DNA of 64,000 nucleotides from an uncultured Bacilli bacterium (GTDB lineage: Bacteria > Bacillota_I > Bacilli_A > RF39 > UBA660): positions 1,021 through 65,020 of the forward strand of contig CALVJQ010000006.1 of assembly GCA_944332265.1 (NCBI GenBank). Reading direction: 5' to 3'. Made by a program: the position numbers and the translations under genes. Shown in pieces: positions 48,998 to 58,686 of this stretch (within the stretch, counting starts at the first letter, position 1; each line of letters starts with the position of its first letter). Under the pieces are notes generated by a model that made no database searches, was not told the origin of the DNA, and worked only from the letters and a program-made list of their open reading frames with translations.

Positions 48998-49067
48998 AAT
49001 TACCTCCTCACTTTATTTTATTCATGAATTATAAATATGAGTCGATAATTATATAAAAAAAAAGGAT

Positions 49068-50312
49068 TTACCCTATTTCAGTAAATCCTTCTCTTTTTAA
49101 ATATGGATCAATATCTTCATATTTACTATAATTACTTCCAACTATAGTTGTTGACGTAATTTGAGTTATTGTCATTTCTGCATCATTAAATGAATAATTT
49201 GCTTCACCTGTTAGTTTTTCTTTTTCCTTATTATATCTTTCAGCATCTTGATATATCATTTTTACTTCATATGTTCCATTAACTAATAGAGCATAGTCGC
49301 GATACTGAGCAAAGTGAAGATCATATGTTTCTTCTTTTTCATATCCTAAATCCCAATCGAATCCAGTGTGTTTAGTATATACATGGACATTTCCTTGAGA
49401 TTCAATTATAAGACTTGCTTTTTTAGTAGTAGTATTTTGAAATGCATCTGTTGCTACAACGTATACAACATATGACCCAGCTGTAGTATATTTTTGTTCT
49501 GTATCTGAGTCTTGGAACGAATAATTACAACCACTTAAGTCACGACAGTCTTCAACAAATGTACTAGCGTCATAGGTTTGTCCTTCTACTATTGTAACAT
49601 TTCTAATTTCCAGTATTGGACTAGTTGTATCTTGAACAATTATTTTACCTTGTTTTTTTGTACCTTTATAAGTTACTGTAAATGGATATTCTCCTGGTTC
49701 TTCAACTATAACATTAGATAAATCAACAGCATATAATAAATCGTCAACATTGTTACCTACTCCAGGTTTTACATAACTGCTAGTTTTATATGGTAACGAT
49801 TTACCCAACTCTACGGTAACAACTAGAGGTTGAAAGTCCATTTCTGTTTTACGATGAGTAACCCAGTAAGCAAAGCCACATATAAAGATAATAGTTATTA
49901 ATGAAACAATAGCCATTCTATTTTGAAATCTTTGAGCAGATGCAGAACTTTTTTTCTTTTTTAGCTTTTCGGTTTTACGATTCTTTCTTCTTTGCTGCTC
50001 TTTTTTTCTTTCTTCAACATCTATTTGTTCAGGATATCTGGCATTAGGGGATAAATTTACTTCGCCCTCATTAGTTAAAGTAGCAATAGATATTGAACCA
50101 TCACTTTTTAGAGTGTTATCTTTACTAATTAATTCAATAGAGTTTTCAGCTGTTGTTGTTCCTTCTTCAAAATGAGGAATGATAGCTGAAAGGTCACGTT
50201 TTTTTTCAATATATTCTTCACTTTCATCAATCATTGTTGGCATTATTGTAGATTTTGTTTCTTCAGGAGCAGTATTTTCTAATTGCTTTTTGTCTTTTTT
50301 AGAATTATTCAT
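49068..50312 (-). CDS. membrane-anchored protein with Ig-like (DUF5011-like) domain and unknown C-terminal domain
   Basis: TM segment MAIVSLITIIFICGFAYWV. The block DTTSPILEIRNVTIVEGQTYDASTF...GSYVVYVVATDAFQN is paralogous to 46657-48309 and 58713-59999. Start set at ATG 50312, 9 nt after GAAGGGAG; the ORF track uses TTG 50321. Confidence 0.65.
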   Translation of the reverse strand: MNNSKKDKKQLENTAPEETKSTIMPTMIDESEEYIEKKRDLSAIIPHFEEGTTTAENSIELISKDNTLKSDGSISIATLTNEGEVNLSPNARYPEQIDVEERKKEQQRRKNRKTEKLKKKKSSASAQRFQNRMAIVSLITIIFICGFAYWVTHRKTEMDFQPLVVTVELGKSLPYKTSSYVKPGVGNNVDDLLYAVDLSNVIVEEPGEYPFTVTYKGTKKQGKIIVQDTTSPILEIRNVTIVEGQTYDASTFVEDCRDLSGCNYSFQDSDTEQKYTTAGSYVVYVVATDAFQNTTTKKASLIIESQGNVHVYTKHTGFDWDLGYEKEETYDLHFAQYRDYALLVNGTYEVKMIYQDAERYNKEKEKLTGEANYSFNDAEMTITQITSTTIVGSNYSKYEDIDPYLKREGFTEIG

Positions 50313-50375
50313 AAAATACAACTCCCTTCTTAGTATTCTCTATTATTAATATACACTTTTTTAGGGATTTTTTCA

Positions 50376-50402
50376 ATATAAAAAGCATCTTTGAGATGCT
50401 CT
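50376..50402 (-). terminator. rho-independent terminator after the 995-aa gene
   Basis: Minus strand reads AGCATCT-CAA-AGATGCT followed by TTTTATATT. Confidence 0.55.
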
Positions 50403-53390
50403 TTAACGGCTTTTAGCTTGTTGCTGATTTTCAAAATCGTACTCGAATAGGACATCTGAACCTTTTTTATTTTCACCATTAGGAATGCGAATTTCTACTT
50501 TGTAATTTTTATATTCGTCATTGCTAACTAAGTCGCGATTATCTTTAAAGGCGATAACTTGTTCTTCTTGAGTATCGTCAATATTGGCAGATGTACGACT
50601 ACGATAATTATTTTTATTAACTAAACTTAATTTAGCATTTAGTTGACTTAACTTTTCTTTAAGCTGTTGACTATATTTGATTTTTATACCATTTCGTATT
50701 AAAGAAATAGTAACTTCATTAGCTGTACCAATAAAGGCTTTTTCTTTATTGACAAGTTGAGTTTTATGACGTGGATTAAATACTAAGCTTTGATTTGGTT
50801 TAACAGTAGCATTTGGAATATTAAAGGTAACAGAAGGACCTTCTTCTTTTGGTACTGATTGTGGTTGTGGTTGCGATGGATTTTTAGCTGGTTCTTTTTC
50901 TACTCTTTGATTATTTTTTATTTTATTAAGTTTTTCACGCCATTCTTTTTTGTTAGCTCTTCTGTTTTGTAACTCAGCAACTATATCTATTTTATTATCA
51001 CGGCACTCTTCTACTAAACGACGATTTACCAAGGAGTTTTTTACTTCAATAAAACTTAGTAATTTTTTTATTTCAGCATTTATTTGGTTTAGCATTTCTG
51101 GTGTTGCATTTTCTCTTTGGCTTGCTAAATCAATTATTTCAGATTCAGCATCTAAAATTATTTCATCTATTTGTTTTACAAATTCCGCAAATACTTTGCC
51201 AGGGAAAAGAATTTTATTTAGTTTAGCTGATTTTACTTTATCAATGCTAGTAATATATTTATGATGTTTATTTAAGAAATCTAAACGTTGGTTAGAAAGT
51301 TCAACTCTTAAACTCATAATTTCGTTATCTAAAGCTTGAGCTTCTCTTTCAGCTTTTACGCAACCATCTATATTAGAAATATCATAAATATATGATTGAC
51401 TATTTAAATTATTTAATAACATTATTTTTTTATTTATTTCAGTTAATGTACCAAGATATAAGTTAATATCTTGTTCTTCTTCTGGTGCAGGTACTGGTGT
51501 CGGAGTTGGTGTTGGAGTTGGTGTCGGAGTTGGTGTCGGAGTTGGTTGTGGATTACCTGCTTTTAGCGTTTTTATTTTGCTAATTAATTCAGTAGGTACT
51601 AGTTGTTCTTTATAATTTGGAAGGACACCATTTTTATAAACAATATCTATAACTCCTGTATCTTCTTTATAACTTATATTTTCGATAAATTGTTTATCGA
51701 TTTCATTGCAAAACGAATTAATATATATTAATAATTTAGCATAATCATTTAAAATTTCTGCTTTATTATCTTTTTCAGCATTGATATAACTTACAATTTT
51801 TCTTATAGCATCAATTTTTTCAATTGTTTTAAAAATATAATCTTCAAAAGCTAAAGAATATTTATTTCTAAATTTTGGCATTATTTCGATTTCAGCTTGA
51901 TTTTTTACAGACTCAAATTCTTTTTCATCTATATTTGAATAACTAGCAATTTGAGGCTTTTCAGGTAGTTCATAAACTTTTAAATTTGTTAAGCTTTTTT
52001 CTACTTTAAGAATATACTCTTGGAAATAATTTTTCCAATCTTTATAGCAAATATCCAATATTTCTTTTTTAGATTGATGGGCATTGCCTTTTTTCATTTT
52101 TTCTAATATTTCTTTAGAAACTATCCTTCCTGTATTTATTGGTATAACATTGTTAGGATATCTAATCGCAAAATATTGAGAATCTTTATCAAAATCAACT
52201 TGAATTCCTATACTCGCTCCTTTTTGTTTCATCTCGTATATTAATTTTACTGTACTATCATATGCAGAATAAAAATGAGGGGATTCAAAATCAAATATTT
52301 GTAAATCGGCAATAGATTTTGCCAATTTATAATTATATTCTTTAGAAAATTCTACTATTTTTTCACCATATGTTTTATTAAGACTTTGATTCATTTCATT
52401 AACTTTGGCTTTTATAAATGCTTGACAAATGGCTTTATCTAAAGAAGGATATTTAGATGAGATATTGCTTAGTTTTTGTTCTAAATCAGTTATGTTTTTA
52501 TGTGTAGTAAGAGCCCTTGATAAATCAGTTATGTAAGTAATATACGTACTTTTTAAATCAGCTATTAATTGATGAACTTCTCTTTCAAATTGCTCTTTTG
52601 TATTAGTTTTCTTATTCTTTGGATAATTGGAAGCTTTCATTGCAGTTTCTATAACTTTTGGGTCTTCAACTATTTCTTTAAGAATGTCAATTAATTGATC
52701 AAATTTAGTTAAAAATTGATTATTAGAAGCATTATTCATAAGTTTAGTTTTTTGATGAGCAAATAACTTCACTATTATTTCAGCATCTTTAGAACTTATA
52801 TAATCTATTTTTACATCTTTACCTGTAATTTTTTTATATCCTGCTTGAGAGTTTTTCATATAAGAAATTGCAGCTTTTATATTATTAAACTTTTCTCCGG
52901 AAGGAAGGGCAATTTCTCCATTAAAGTAGCTCATTATATTGTTAAATTGACTTATAAATGATGAGTTAGTTGGATCTATTTTAGAGATGTTATTTTTAAT
53001 ATCGTTAAATTCACTACTAATATTTGAAAGGTTTCTATTTACAATTATCTCTAATTCTTTAATATTATTAACGATTCTTTTAGTATTTTCGATATTTTTC
53101 ATATTTTTTATTTCGTCATCAAATATACTTAACCATTTAGCAGCTCTATCAGCTTCAGTAGTTCCAGGAAGATTTTGAGCCATTTCTTTGTATAACCATT
53201 CTACTTGTGCTCTTTGCTTTTCAATAGTTCCTGTTTGGTATGCTTGTTTAGCCATAATACGGATATTTTCTTCACCGATATTTTTGTTTTCATCAGGATT
53301 AAAGCCAAATTGATTTTTTCTGGATGATTTTTTTTTGTCAGAAAAGAAGTTCTTAACGTTTTCAAATGCTCCTGTTACAATTCTAGTCAT
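50403..53390 (-). CDS. hypothetical 995-aa protein, largely coiled-coil, with central (PT)8 linker
   Basis: Long ORF with no TM, signal peptide or P-loop. The PQPTPTPTPTPTPTPTPTPVPAP linker separates two helical halves. The tail is basic/Q-rich. Confidence 0.65.
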   Translation of the reverse strand: MTRIVTGAFENVKNFFSDKKKSSRKNQFGFNPDENKNIGEENIRIMAKQAYQTGTIEKQRAQVEWLYKEMAQNLPGTTEADRAAKWLSIFDDEIKNMKNIENTKRIVNNIKELEIIVNRNLSNISSEFNDIKNNISKIDPTNSSFISQFNNIMSYFNGEIALPSGEKFNNIKAAISYMKNSQAGYKKITGKDVKIDYISSKDAEIIVKLFAHQKTKLMNNASNNQFLTKFDQLIDILKEIVEDPKVIETAMKASNYPKNKKTNTKEQFEREVHQLIADLKSTYITYITDLSRALTTHKNITDLEQKLSNISSKYPSLDKAICQAFIKAKVNEMNQSLNKTYGEKIVEFSKEYNYKLAKSIADLQIFDFESPHFYSAYDSTVKLIYEMKQKGASIGIQVDFDKDSQYFAIRYPNNVIPINTGRIVSKEILEKMKKGNAHQSKKEILDICYKDWKNYFQEYILKVEKSLTNLKVYELPEKPQIASYSNIDEKEFESVKNQAEIEIMPKFRNKYSLAFEDYIFKTIEKIDAIRKIVSYINAEKDNKAEILNDYAKLLIYINSFCNEIDKQFIENISYKEDTGVIDIVYKNGVLPNYKEQLVPTELISKIKTLKAGNPQPTPTPTPTPTPTPTPTPVPAPEEEQDINLYLGTLTEINKKIMLLNNLNSQSYIYDISNIDGCVKAEREAQALDNEIMSLRVELSNQRLDFLNKHHKYITSIDKVKSAKLNKILFPGKVFAEFVKQIDEIILDAESEIIDLASQRENATPEMLNQINAEIKKLLSFIEVKNSLVNRRLVEECRDNKIDIVAELQNRRANKKEWREKLNKIKNNQRVEKEPAKNPSQPQPQSVPKEEGPSVTFNIPNATVKPNQSLVFNPRHKTQLVNKEKAFIGTANEVTISLIRNGIKIKYSQQLKEKLSQLNAKLSLVNKNNYRSRTSANIDDTQEEQVIAFKDNRDLVSNDEYKNYKVEIRIPNGENKKGSDVLFEYDFENQQQAKSR
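51498..51545 (-). repeat. (Pro-Thr)8 coding hexanucleotide repeat
   Basis: Minus strand reads cca-act/ccg-aca units. The plus strand shows ggtgtcggagtt periodicity. Confidence 0.85.
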
Positions 53391-53414
53391 AATATATCCC
53401 CTTCCTTTTTATAT

Positions 53415-53666
53415 TTAAGCTACTAAGCTTTTTATAAAATTAGATATTTTTTCTTTATCATATGGATCTGTTATATCTATAAGTTGGTCATATCCTTCAG
53501 CATCTTTTACAACATATGATGCTAAAATATCAACAGTTCCATTTTTATTATCCAAAGAATATACAGCATATTCTTTTCCATCTATTTCAACAACTGATAA
53601 TAATTCAGCTTCAACTATTTCTCCTGTTTCGATTTCAACTTGGAATTTTTGTTTTGCTTCTTCCAT
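53415..53666 (-). CDS. DUF1292 domain protein
   Basis: EIVEAELLSVVEIDGKEYAVYSL...DILASYVVKDAEGYDQLIDITD is the DUF1292 pattern. Confidence 0.7.
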   Translation of the reverse strand: MEEAKQKFQVEIETGEIVEAELLSVVEIDGKEYAVYSLDNKNGTVDILASYVVKDAEGYDQLIDITDPYDKEKISNFIKSLVA

Positions 53667-53721
53667 AGTTTCCCCTCCGTTTTCTTTTTGTTTTAATTAT
53701 ATCATAAATATTCTTGATTAA

Positions 53722-54297
53722 CTATGTTTTATTATAAACTACTCTAATTTTCGATAAGTGTTTTTTTAATATATATTCTTCGTTAAGTTCGTCTTGTTCA
53801 AAAATTAAAAGTTCGGCATATTCCCAAATATTAAATGATGCAATAAAGGAAACTATTTCATCAACATAAGGAATAAAATTATAATTATAGCAAAAGTATA
53901 AAGCAATAAAACTTATTATTCCACTTATAAGAAAGAAACGAGTTTTTCTTTTAATTGCATTTAATTCCATTTCTTTACTTACCATCTCTAAACTAAAATG
54001 ACTTTTTATTAGACGACGAAGTAAAATTTTTTCTTCTGAATTTAAACTATTACAATGAATTTCTAAAACTAAGGGATAATCTAATGGAATATAGGAAGCA
54101 TGTCTTTCTATATAGTCGTAGAATTCTTCTCTTAAAATAGTTTTTTTATTGGGAGAGAACTCGTTTTTTAAGCTTTCAAGATCTTTTATTTTCAAATCAA
54201 TGTAAGCTTCGTTATCGCGAATTCGTAAGCCATTTATCTTTTTGTAGTTTTCAAATTTTTGCTTTTGGTACCTTTTTATCTTTTCAGATTTATTCAT
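53722..54297 (-). CDS. hypothetical membrane protein (two C-terminal TM helices)
   Basis: TM segments FFLISGIISFIALYFCYNY and IVSFIASFNIWEYAELLIF. Unrecognised family. Confidence 0.5.
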   Translation of the reverse strand: MNKSEKIKRYQKQKFENYKKINGLRIRDNEAYIDLKIKDLESLKNEFSPNKKTILREEFYDYIERHASYIPLDYPLVLEIHCNSLNSEEKILLRRLIKSHFSLEMVSKEMELNAIKRKTRFFLISGIISFIALYFCYNYNFIPYVDEIVSFIASFNIWEYAELLIFEQDELNEEYILKKHLSKIRVVYNKT

Positions 54298-54304
54298 ATT
54301 TATT

Positions 54305-54577
54305 CTACTTTCTTGTATCTTTATAATATTTGATTTCTGATAATTGTTCTGCTAAGTATGTTAGTTCATCGTCTTCTGGGTCATCAACTTGATCTATCAT
54401 ATATAGAAGTTCGCTCATAGAACCACATTTACTAGCATCTATATTATATCTTTCAAGTAGACTTATTTGATTATCGGTTAATAAAAGACCATTATTACGT
54501 GCTTTTAGCATATTTTTATCATTGTCTTTTAATCCTACTAATTCTTCGATTTCATCATTAGTCATTACATTTACCAT
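54305..54577 (-). CDS. hypothetical 90-aa acidic protein
   Basis: ORF with AGAGGTAG RBS. No recognised motif. Confidence 0.45.
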   Translation of the reverse strand: MVNVMTNDEIEELVGLKDNDKNMLKARNNGLLLTDNQISLLERYNIDASKCGSMSELLYMIDQVDDPEDDELTYLAEQLSEIKYYKDTRK

Positions 54578-54617
54578 TTTAGCTACCTCTATTCTAGTTT
54601 TATTATATCATAAATAA

Positions 54618-55877
54618 TTATTTTAGTTTTAATTTATTTAATTCTTCGATTGCACGCGCTAGACCTAAGCGACCATATTCATAAGTTAAACCTCCCTGTT
54701 GATAAGCAATGTATGGTGGCCTAATTGGAGCATCAGCGCTTAATTCAATTGATGAGCCTTGGGTAAAGGATCCTGAAGCCATTATTACTTGATCATCATA
54801 CCCTGGCATATCCCAAGGAACAGGTATACTATTTGAATCTATTGGTGAAGCGGCTTGAATACCTTGAATGTATTTTATTAATTTTTCTTTATCATTAAAA
54901 ATTATATTTTGAACTATATCTGCTCTTTTATCGTTGTATTTTGGTTCTACGTCATAACCTAAATCAGATAGCGCAATACTGGTTAAGATAGCTGTTTTTA
55001 AGGCACTTGCAACAACACTTGGAGCTAAGTAAAGACCTTCAAGGAAACTTTTATTTATACCAAGAGTTGGTCCTACTTCACGACCTTCTCCTGGACAAGT
55101 TAATCTTTCACCTGCTAATTCTACTAATTTTGTTTTACCAGCAATATAAGCACCGTTAGGAGCTATTCCACCACCAAGGTTTTTTATTAGAGAGCCAACG
55201 ATTATATCTGCACCAACAGTTAATGGTGTTTTTTCTTCAACAAATTCACAATAACAATTGTCAACCATAATTATGACTTCTTTATTTATCTTACGGATTT
55301 CTTTTATTGCTTTTTCTACTTGATTAATGGTAATACTTTTTCTAGTAGAATAACCTTTACTTCTTTGAATTTCGATTAATTTTACTTTATTGTTTGTTAA
55401 ATATTTTCTTATTTCTTGATAATTAAAATCATTGTTTAATAAATCTATTTGATTATATTTTATACCATATGATATTAAACTACTATTATTTGGTTTAATA
55501 CCAATTACTTCATGAAGTGTATCATAAGGAGTTCCCGTAATAGAAAGCATAGTATCTCCTGGTCTTAAAAATGCAAATAAAGCAACAGTAAGCGCATGGG
55601 TACCAGAGATAAATTGACTTCTTACTATTGCATCTTCCCCATCTAAAACTTCTGCAAATATTTTTTCGATATTATCACGACCGTAATCGTTATAGCCATA
55701 GCCGGTTGTACTATTAAAAAAGCCTTCTTGGACATTATATTTATGAAAAGCTCCTAGGACTTTTAGAGAATTATAACGACAGGTTTTATCTATCTCTTTA
55801 AAAATGGTTTTTAGTTTTTCTTCTTCTTGTTCTAAAAAAGTTAGTGTTTCTTTTGATATTCCTAATTCTTCTAACAT
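54618..55877 (-). CDS. YnbB-type PLP-dependent enzyme (Met gamma-lyase/aluminium resistance family)
   Basis: NSLKVLGAFHKYNVQEGFFNSTTGYGYNDYGRD and SLIKNLGGGIAPNGAYIAG (PLP Lys region) are typical of the YnbB family. Confidence 0.8.
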   Translation of the reverse strand: MLEELGISKETLTFLEQEEEKLKTIFKEIDKTCRYNSLKVLGAFHKYNVQEGFFNSTTGYGYNDYGRDNIEKIFAEVLDGEDAIVRSQFISGTHALTVALFAFLRPGDTMLSITGTPYDTLHEVIGIKPNNSSLISYGIKYNQIDLLNNDFNYQEIRKYLTNNKVKLIEIQRSKGYSTRKSITINQVEKAIKEIRKINKEVIIMVDNCYCEFVEEKTPLTVGADIIVGSLIKNLGGGIAPNGAYIAGKTKLVELAGERLTCPGEGREVGPTLGINKSFLEGLYLAPSVVASALKTAILTSIALSDLGYDVEPKYNDKRADIVQNIIFNDKEKLIKYIQGIQAASPIDSNSIPVPWDMPGYDDQVIMASGSFTQGSSIELSADAPIRPPYIAYQQGGLTYEYGRLGLARAIEELNKLKLK

Positions 55878-56620
55878 TAAATTCGACCTCCATCAACTTT
55901 TATAATTGTATCATTTAAATATGGGGCAGTAGCAGCAAAATAAATAGATTCTGCAATTTCTTCTGGTTCAGCAAAGCGTTTTAGGAGAATGTGTTTACTT
56001 TCTTCATTTATATATTCTTTATCAAGTTCTTTATTCATTTCAGTATTTACCCATCCTGGAGCTATACAATTAACTTGAATATATGGAGCATATTCTATAG
56101 CAAAATTGTGAGTTAATGATATTAAAGCAGCTTTTGAAGCATCGTAGTCCATACTATATGGGTAATATGAGTCAATGCCATTAGTTGATGAGATGTTTAC
56201 AATACGACCAGATTTTTGATTTAACATAAGTTTTCCAATATATTTGGACATTAAAAATGGACCAATTAGATTTACGTCAAGAATACGTTTAAAGTTAGTA
56301 ACTGTTTTATCTTCAAGTGTTGTATCAATAGCAATTCCAGCATTATTAATTAATACATCAATTGAAGAATAATTTTCTTTTATAATATCTATTATTTTTT
56401 TTACTTCTTCTTCTTTACTAATATCTGCTTTTATTAACGTTACCTTAACATTATATTTAGATACTATTTCTTTTTGGATATTTTGAGCTAAGTGGTTGTT
56501 ATTAACATAATTTATAATTACATTATATCCACAACTGGCAAATTTAAGTGCTGTTTTGGCACCGATACCGCGACTAGCACCTGTTATTATGACTGTTTTG
56601 TTATTATAAGTTTCTTTCAT
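55877..56620 (-). CDS. SDR family oxidoreductase (FabG-like)
   Basis: TGASRGIG, NNAG, and S...YxxxK (YDASKAA). Start set at ATG 56620 after AAGGTGA. Its stop overlaps the ynbB-type start (TAATG). Confidence 0.8.
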   Translation of the reverse strand: MKETYNNKTVIITGASRGIGAKTALKFASCGYNVIINYVNNNHLAQNIQKEIVSKYNVKVTLIKADISKEEEVKKIIDIIKENYSSIDVLINNAGIAIDTTLEDKTVTNFKRILDVNLIGPFLMSKYIGKLMLNQKSGRIVNISSTNGIDSYYPYSMDYDASKAALISLTHNFAIEYAPYIQVNCIAPGWVNTEMNKELDKEYINEESKHILLKRFAEPEEIAESIYFAATAPYLNDTIIKVDGGRI

Positions 56621-56695
56621 ATTAATCACCTTTTCCAACAAAAATTATTATAGCATACCTTAAAGTAAAATGTTATAATACCTTTAGGTGATTTG

Positions 56696-56911
56696 ATGGA
56701 AAAAGAAATCAGTCAAGAGCAAAAAGAGATTATTTATAAAACTGGGTATGAATTTGCCTTAGAAGGTTTAAAATGGGAAAATTATAAACCTATTTTTAGA
56801 GGGACTAATTTATTTGATGAGGAAATTAAAATATTTTCAGCTGGTTTTAACGAAGGAGAGAAAAGTTTAAATAACTCTATTGAGACTGAAGAAAGAATTA
56901 GAACACGCTAA
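56696..56911 (+). CDS. hypothetical 71-aa protein
   Basis: AGGTGA RBS followed by ATG 56696. No recognised motif. Confidence 0.4.
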   Translation: MEKEISQEQKEIIYKTGYEFALEGLKWENYKPIFRGTNLFDEEIKIFSAGFNEGEKSLNNSIETEERIRTR

Positions 56912-56914
56912 TTC

Positions 56915-58612
56915 TTATTTTTTTTTATTTATTTCTATATATTGGGAATATTTTTTTATTTCTTTAATAAAGATTGATTCATTTTTAGTGGAGCATATAA
57001 TATATACTTTATTTTTAGTTCTAGTTAAAGCTACATAAAATAAGCGTCTTTCTTCTTCATAGGGATAGAGGTTATGATATTGATTTACATATCTTATTAT
57101 CTTCTCTTCCTTTTTTTTAGAAGGAAAGCCAATAATATTATCAGTTACATTAATTAAGATAACATTATCACATTCTAGGCCTTTAGAGCGATGGGCGGTT
57201 AAATAACGAAAAGAAATGTTATCATAAGAATATATACCATTATTTAAGTTAAAATCTTGATCTATATAAGAATAAATGTCGTGGTTATTACGACCAATTA
57301 CCATGATTTCTTTACTATTCGGAGTTATATTTTTTAATAGATATTTTAAAGCTTTTACTTTATCATCACAATAATATAGAATAATTGGTTTTTCGATATG
57401 TTTTTTAGAAATTAATTCTTTTTTTTGTTGATATTTATTTTTCATAATAAAGTTGCCAGCAACATTTATTAATTCTTGAGGATTTCGATAAGTATTAATT
57501 ATTTTAAATATTTTACTATCTTGGAAGTATTTAGTAAAATTAAGAAATATTGATAAATCACAACCAGTAAAACGATATATAGATTGGAAGTCGTCCCCGA
57601 CGGCTAAAAACTTGGCCGATGTTTGTTTTAATATTTCATTAATAAAGTTGAATTTAGTTAGTGAAGTATCTTGATACTCATCAATTATAATATATTGCCA
57701 TTTATTTTTTAGTTTATGTTCTTTTAAGATTAAGATGCTTTTATTAATCATGTCATTAAAATCAAGGGCTTTTTCTTTACTTAATTCATTTTCATATAAT
57801 AAGTATATATTAATAATTAATAGTAATAAGTATTTATGATAATAGTATTCATGAATATTAATAGTATATTTTATTTTTTTTAGAATTGTTAGAAAATATG
57901 ATAGATGATAATTATTGGATTTAAATAAATTTATAAAAGTTTTTATAATTTGTTTTAAATTATATAATTGGTATTTATTAGGATTGGGACCTAGTATTTT
58001 AATTAGGGCTTTTTGATATAATTTATTTTTAGGAAGATATATAGAAAAAAATTGATTAATTGTATAATCTAAAAAGTCTTCTGGAGCTATTATATAAGAG
58101 ATGTTATTTTGTTTAAGGATTTCTAAAGCTAACTTATGAAAAGTATATATATTAATATCTAATTGATATTTTTTTTGAAGATTATTTTTTAAATTATTAG
58201 TAGCATCATTTGTAAAAGAGATACATAGTATTGATTGGGGATTTATTTTTTTTATTTTTACTAGATAAATTATACGTCCTATAATAGTTAGACTTTTTCC
58301 AGAGCCGGCACCGGCGATAACAAGGGATGCTTTTTCTTCTGATAGGACTACTTTTGTTTGATATTCATCTAGAGGATAGCCGTTAATATCATTTAAAATA
58401 TTGTATTTTTGGCGTTCTTTATTGATAAAATTTTCGTTATGATAAGTAATTATTTTATCGATATTTTTAAAATCTTTAATAAATTGTTTATTTATTTTAT
58501 TTTTTTTGCTTAATTGATATAGAAAGTAATATTTTTTTATTATTTTATCCTTTGTTTTAATAGATATATATTTATATTGGGATAGTTCATTATAGAAATC
58601 TTCTATTTTTAT
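56915..58612 (-). CDS. UvrD/Rep superfamily 1 helicase, helicase IV (HelD)-like, 565 codons, apparent non-canonical start
   Basis: The ORF track lists only 56915-57751. Manual translation shows the same frame open up to an in-frame TAA just upstream of 58636. It contains PLDEYQTKVVLSEEKASLVIAGAGSGKS (Walker A at 58292-58315), IIIDEYQDTS, VGDDFQSIYRF, AHRSKGLECD and YVALTRTK. No ATG, GTG or TTG occurs before M289. ATA 58612..58610 lies 7 nt after AGGAGG. Confidence 0.7.
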   Translation of the reverse strand: MKIEDFYNELSQYKYISIKTKDKIIKKYYFLYQLSKKNKINKQFIKDFKNIDKIITYHNENFINKERQKYNILNDINGYPLDEYQTKVVLSEEKASLVIAGAGSGKSLTIIGRIIYLVKIKKINPQSILCISFTNDATNNLKNNLQKKYQLDINIYTFHKLALEILKQNNISYIIAPEDFLDYTINQFFSIYLPKNKLYQKALIKILGPNPNKYQLYNLKQIIKTFINLFKSNNYHLSYFLTILKKIKYTINIHEYYYHKYLLLLIINIYLLYENELSKEKALDFNDMINKSILILKEHKLKNKWQYIIIDEYQDTSLTKFNFINEILKQTSAKFLAVGDDFQSIYRFTGCDLSIFLNFTKYFQDSKIFKIINTYRNPQELINVAGNFIMKNKYQQKKELISKKHIEKPIILYYCDDKVKALKYLLKNITPNSKEIMVIGRNNHDIYSYIDQDFNLNNGIYSYDNISFRYLTAHRSKGLECDNVILINVTDNIIGFPSKKKEEKIIRYVNQYHNLYPYEEERRLFYVALTRTKNKVYIICSTKNESIFIKEIKKYSQYIEINKKK

Positions 58613-58686
58613 AAGTATTCCTCCTAGAACTCCTAATTATAAGAAAAACCTACATTATATTTAAAATGGGAGATTGGTATTTGTCA

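Noticed and set aside
48706-48999. Three overlapping 75-89-aa ORFs on both strands within the collagen-like gene.
   Set aside because: They are artefacts of the triplet-periodic GGN-CCN repeat, which stays open in several frames. Only the Gly-X-Y frame gives a coherent protein with an RBS (GAGGAGG) and a start codon.
56915-58612. Helicase as the GajB component of a Gabija-like defence system, or as a decayed pseudogene.
   Set aside because: No OLD/TOPRIM (GajA-like) or nuclease gene is adjacent. The neighbours are a 71-aa protein on the opposite strand and a CAP-domain surface protein. The pseudogene call is not adopted because the 565-codon frame is uninterrupted and all helicase motifs are intact. 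Only the start codon is anomalous.
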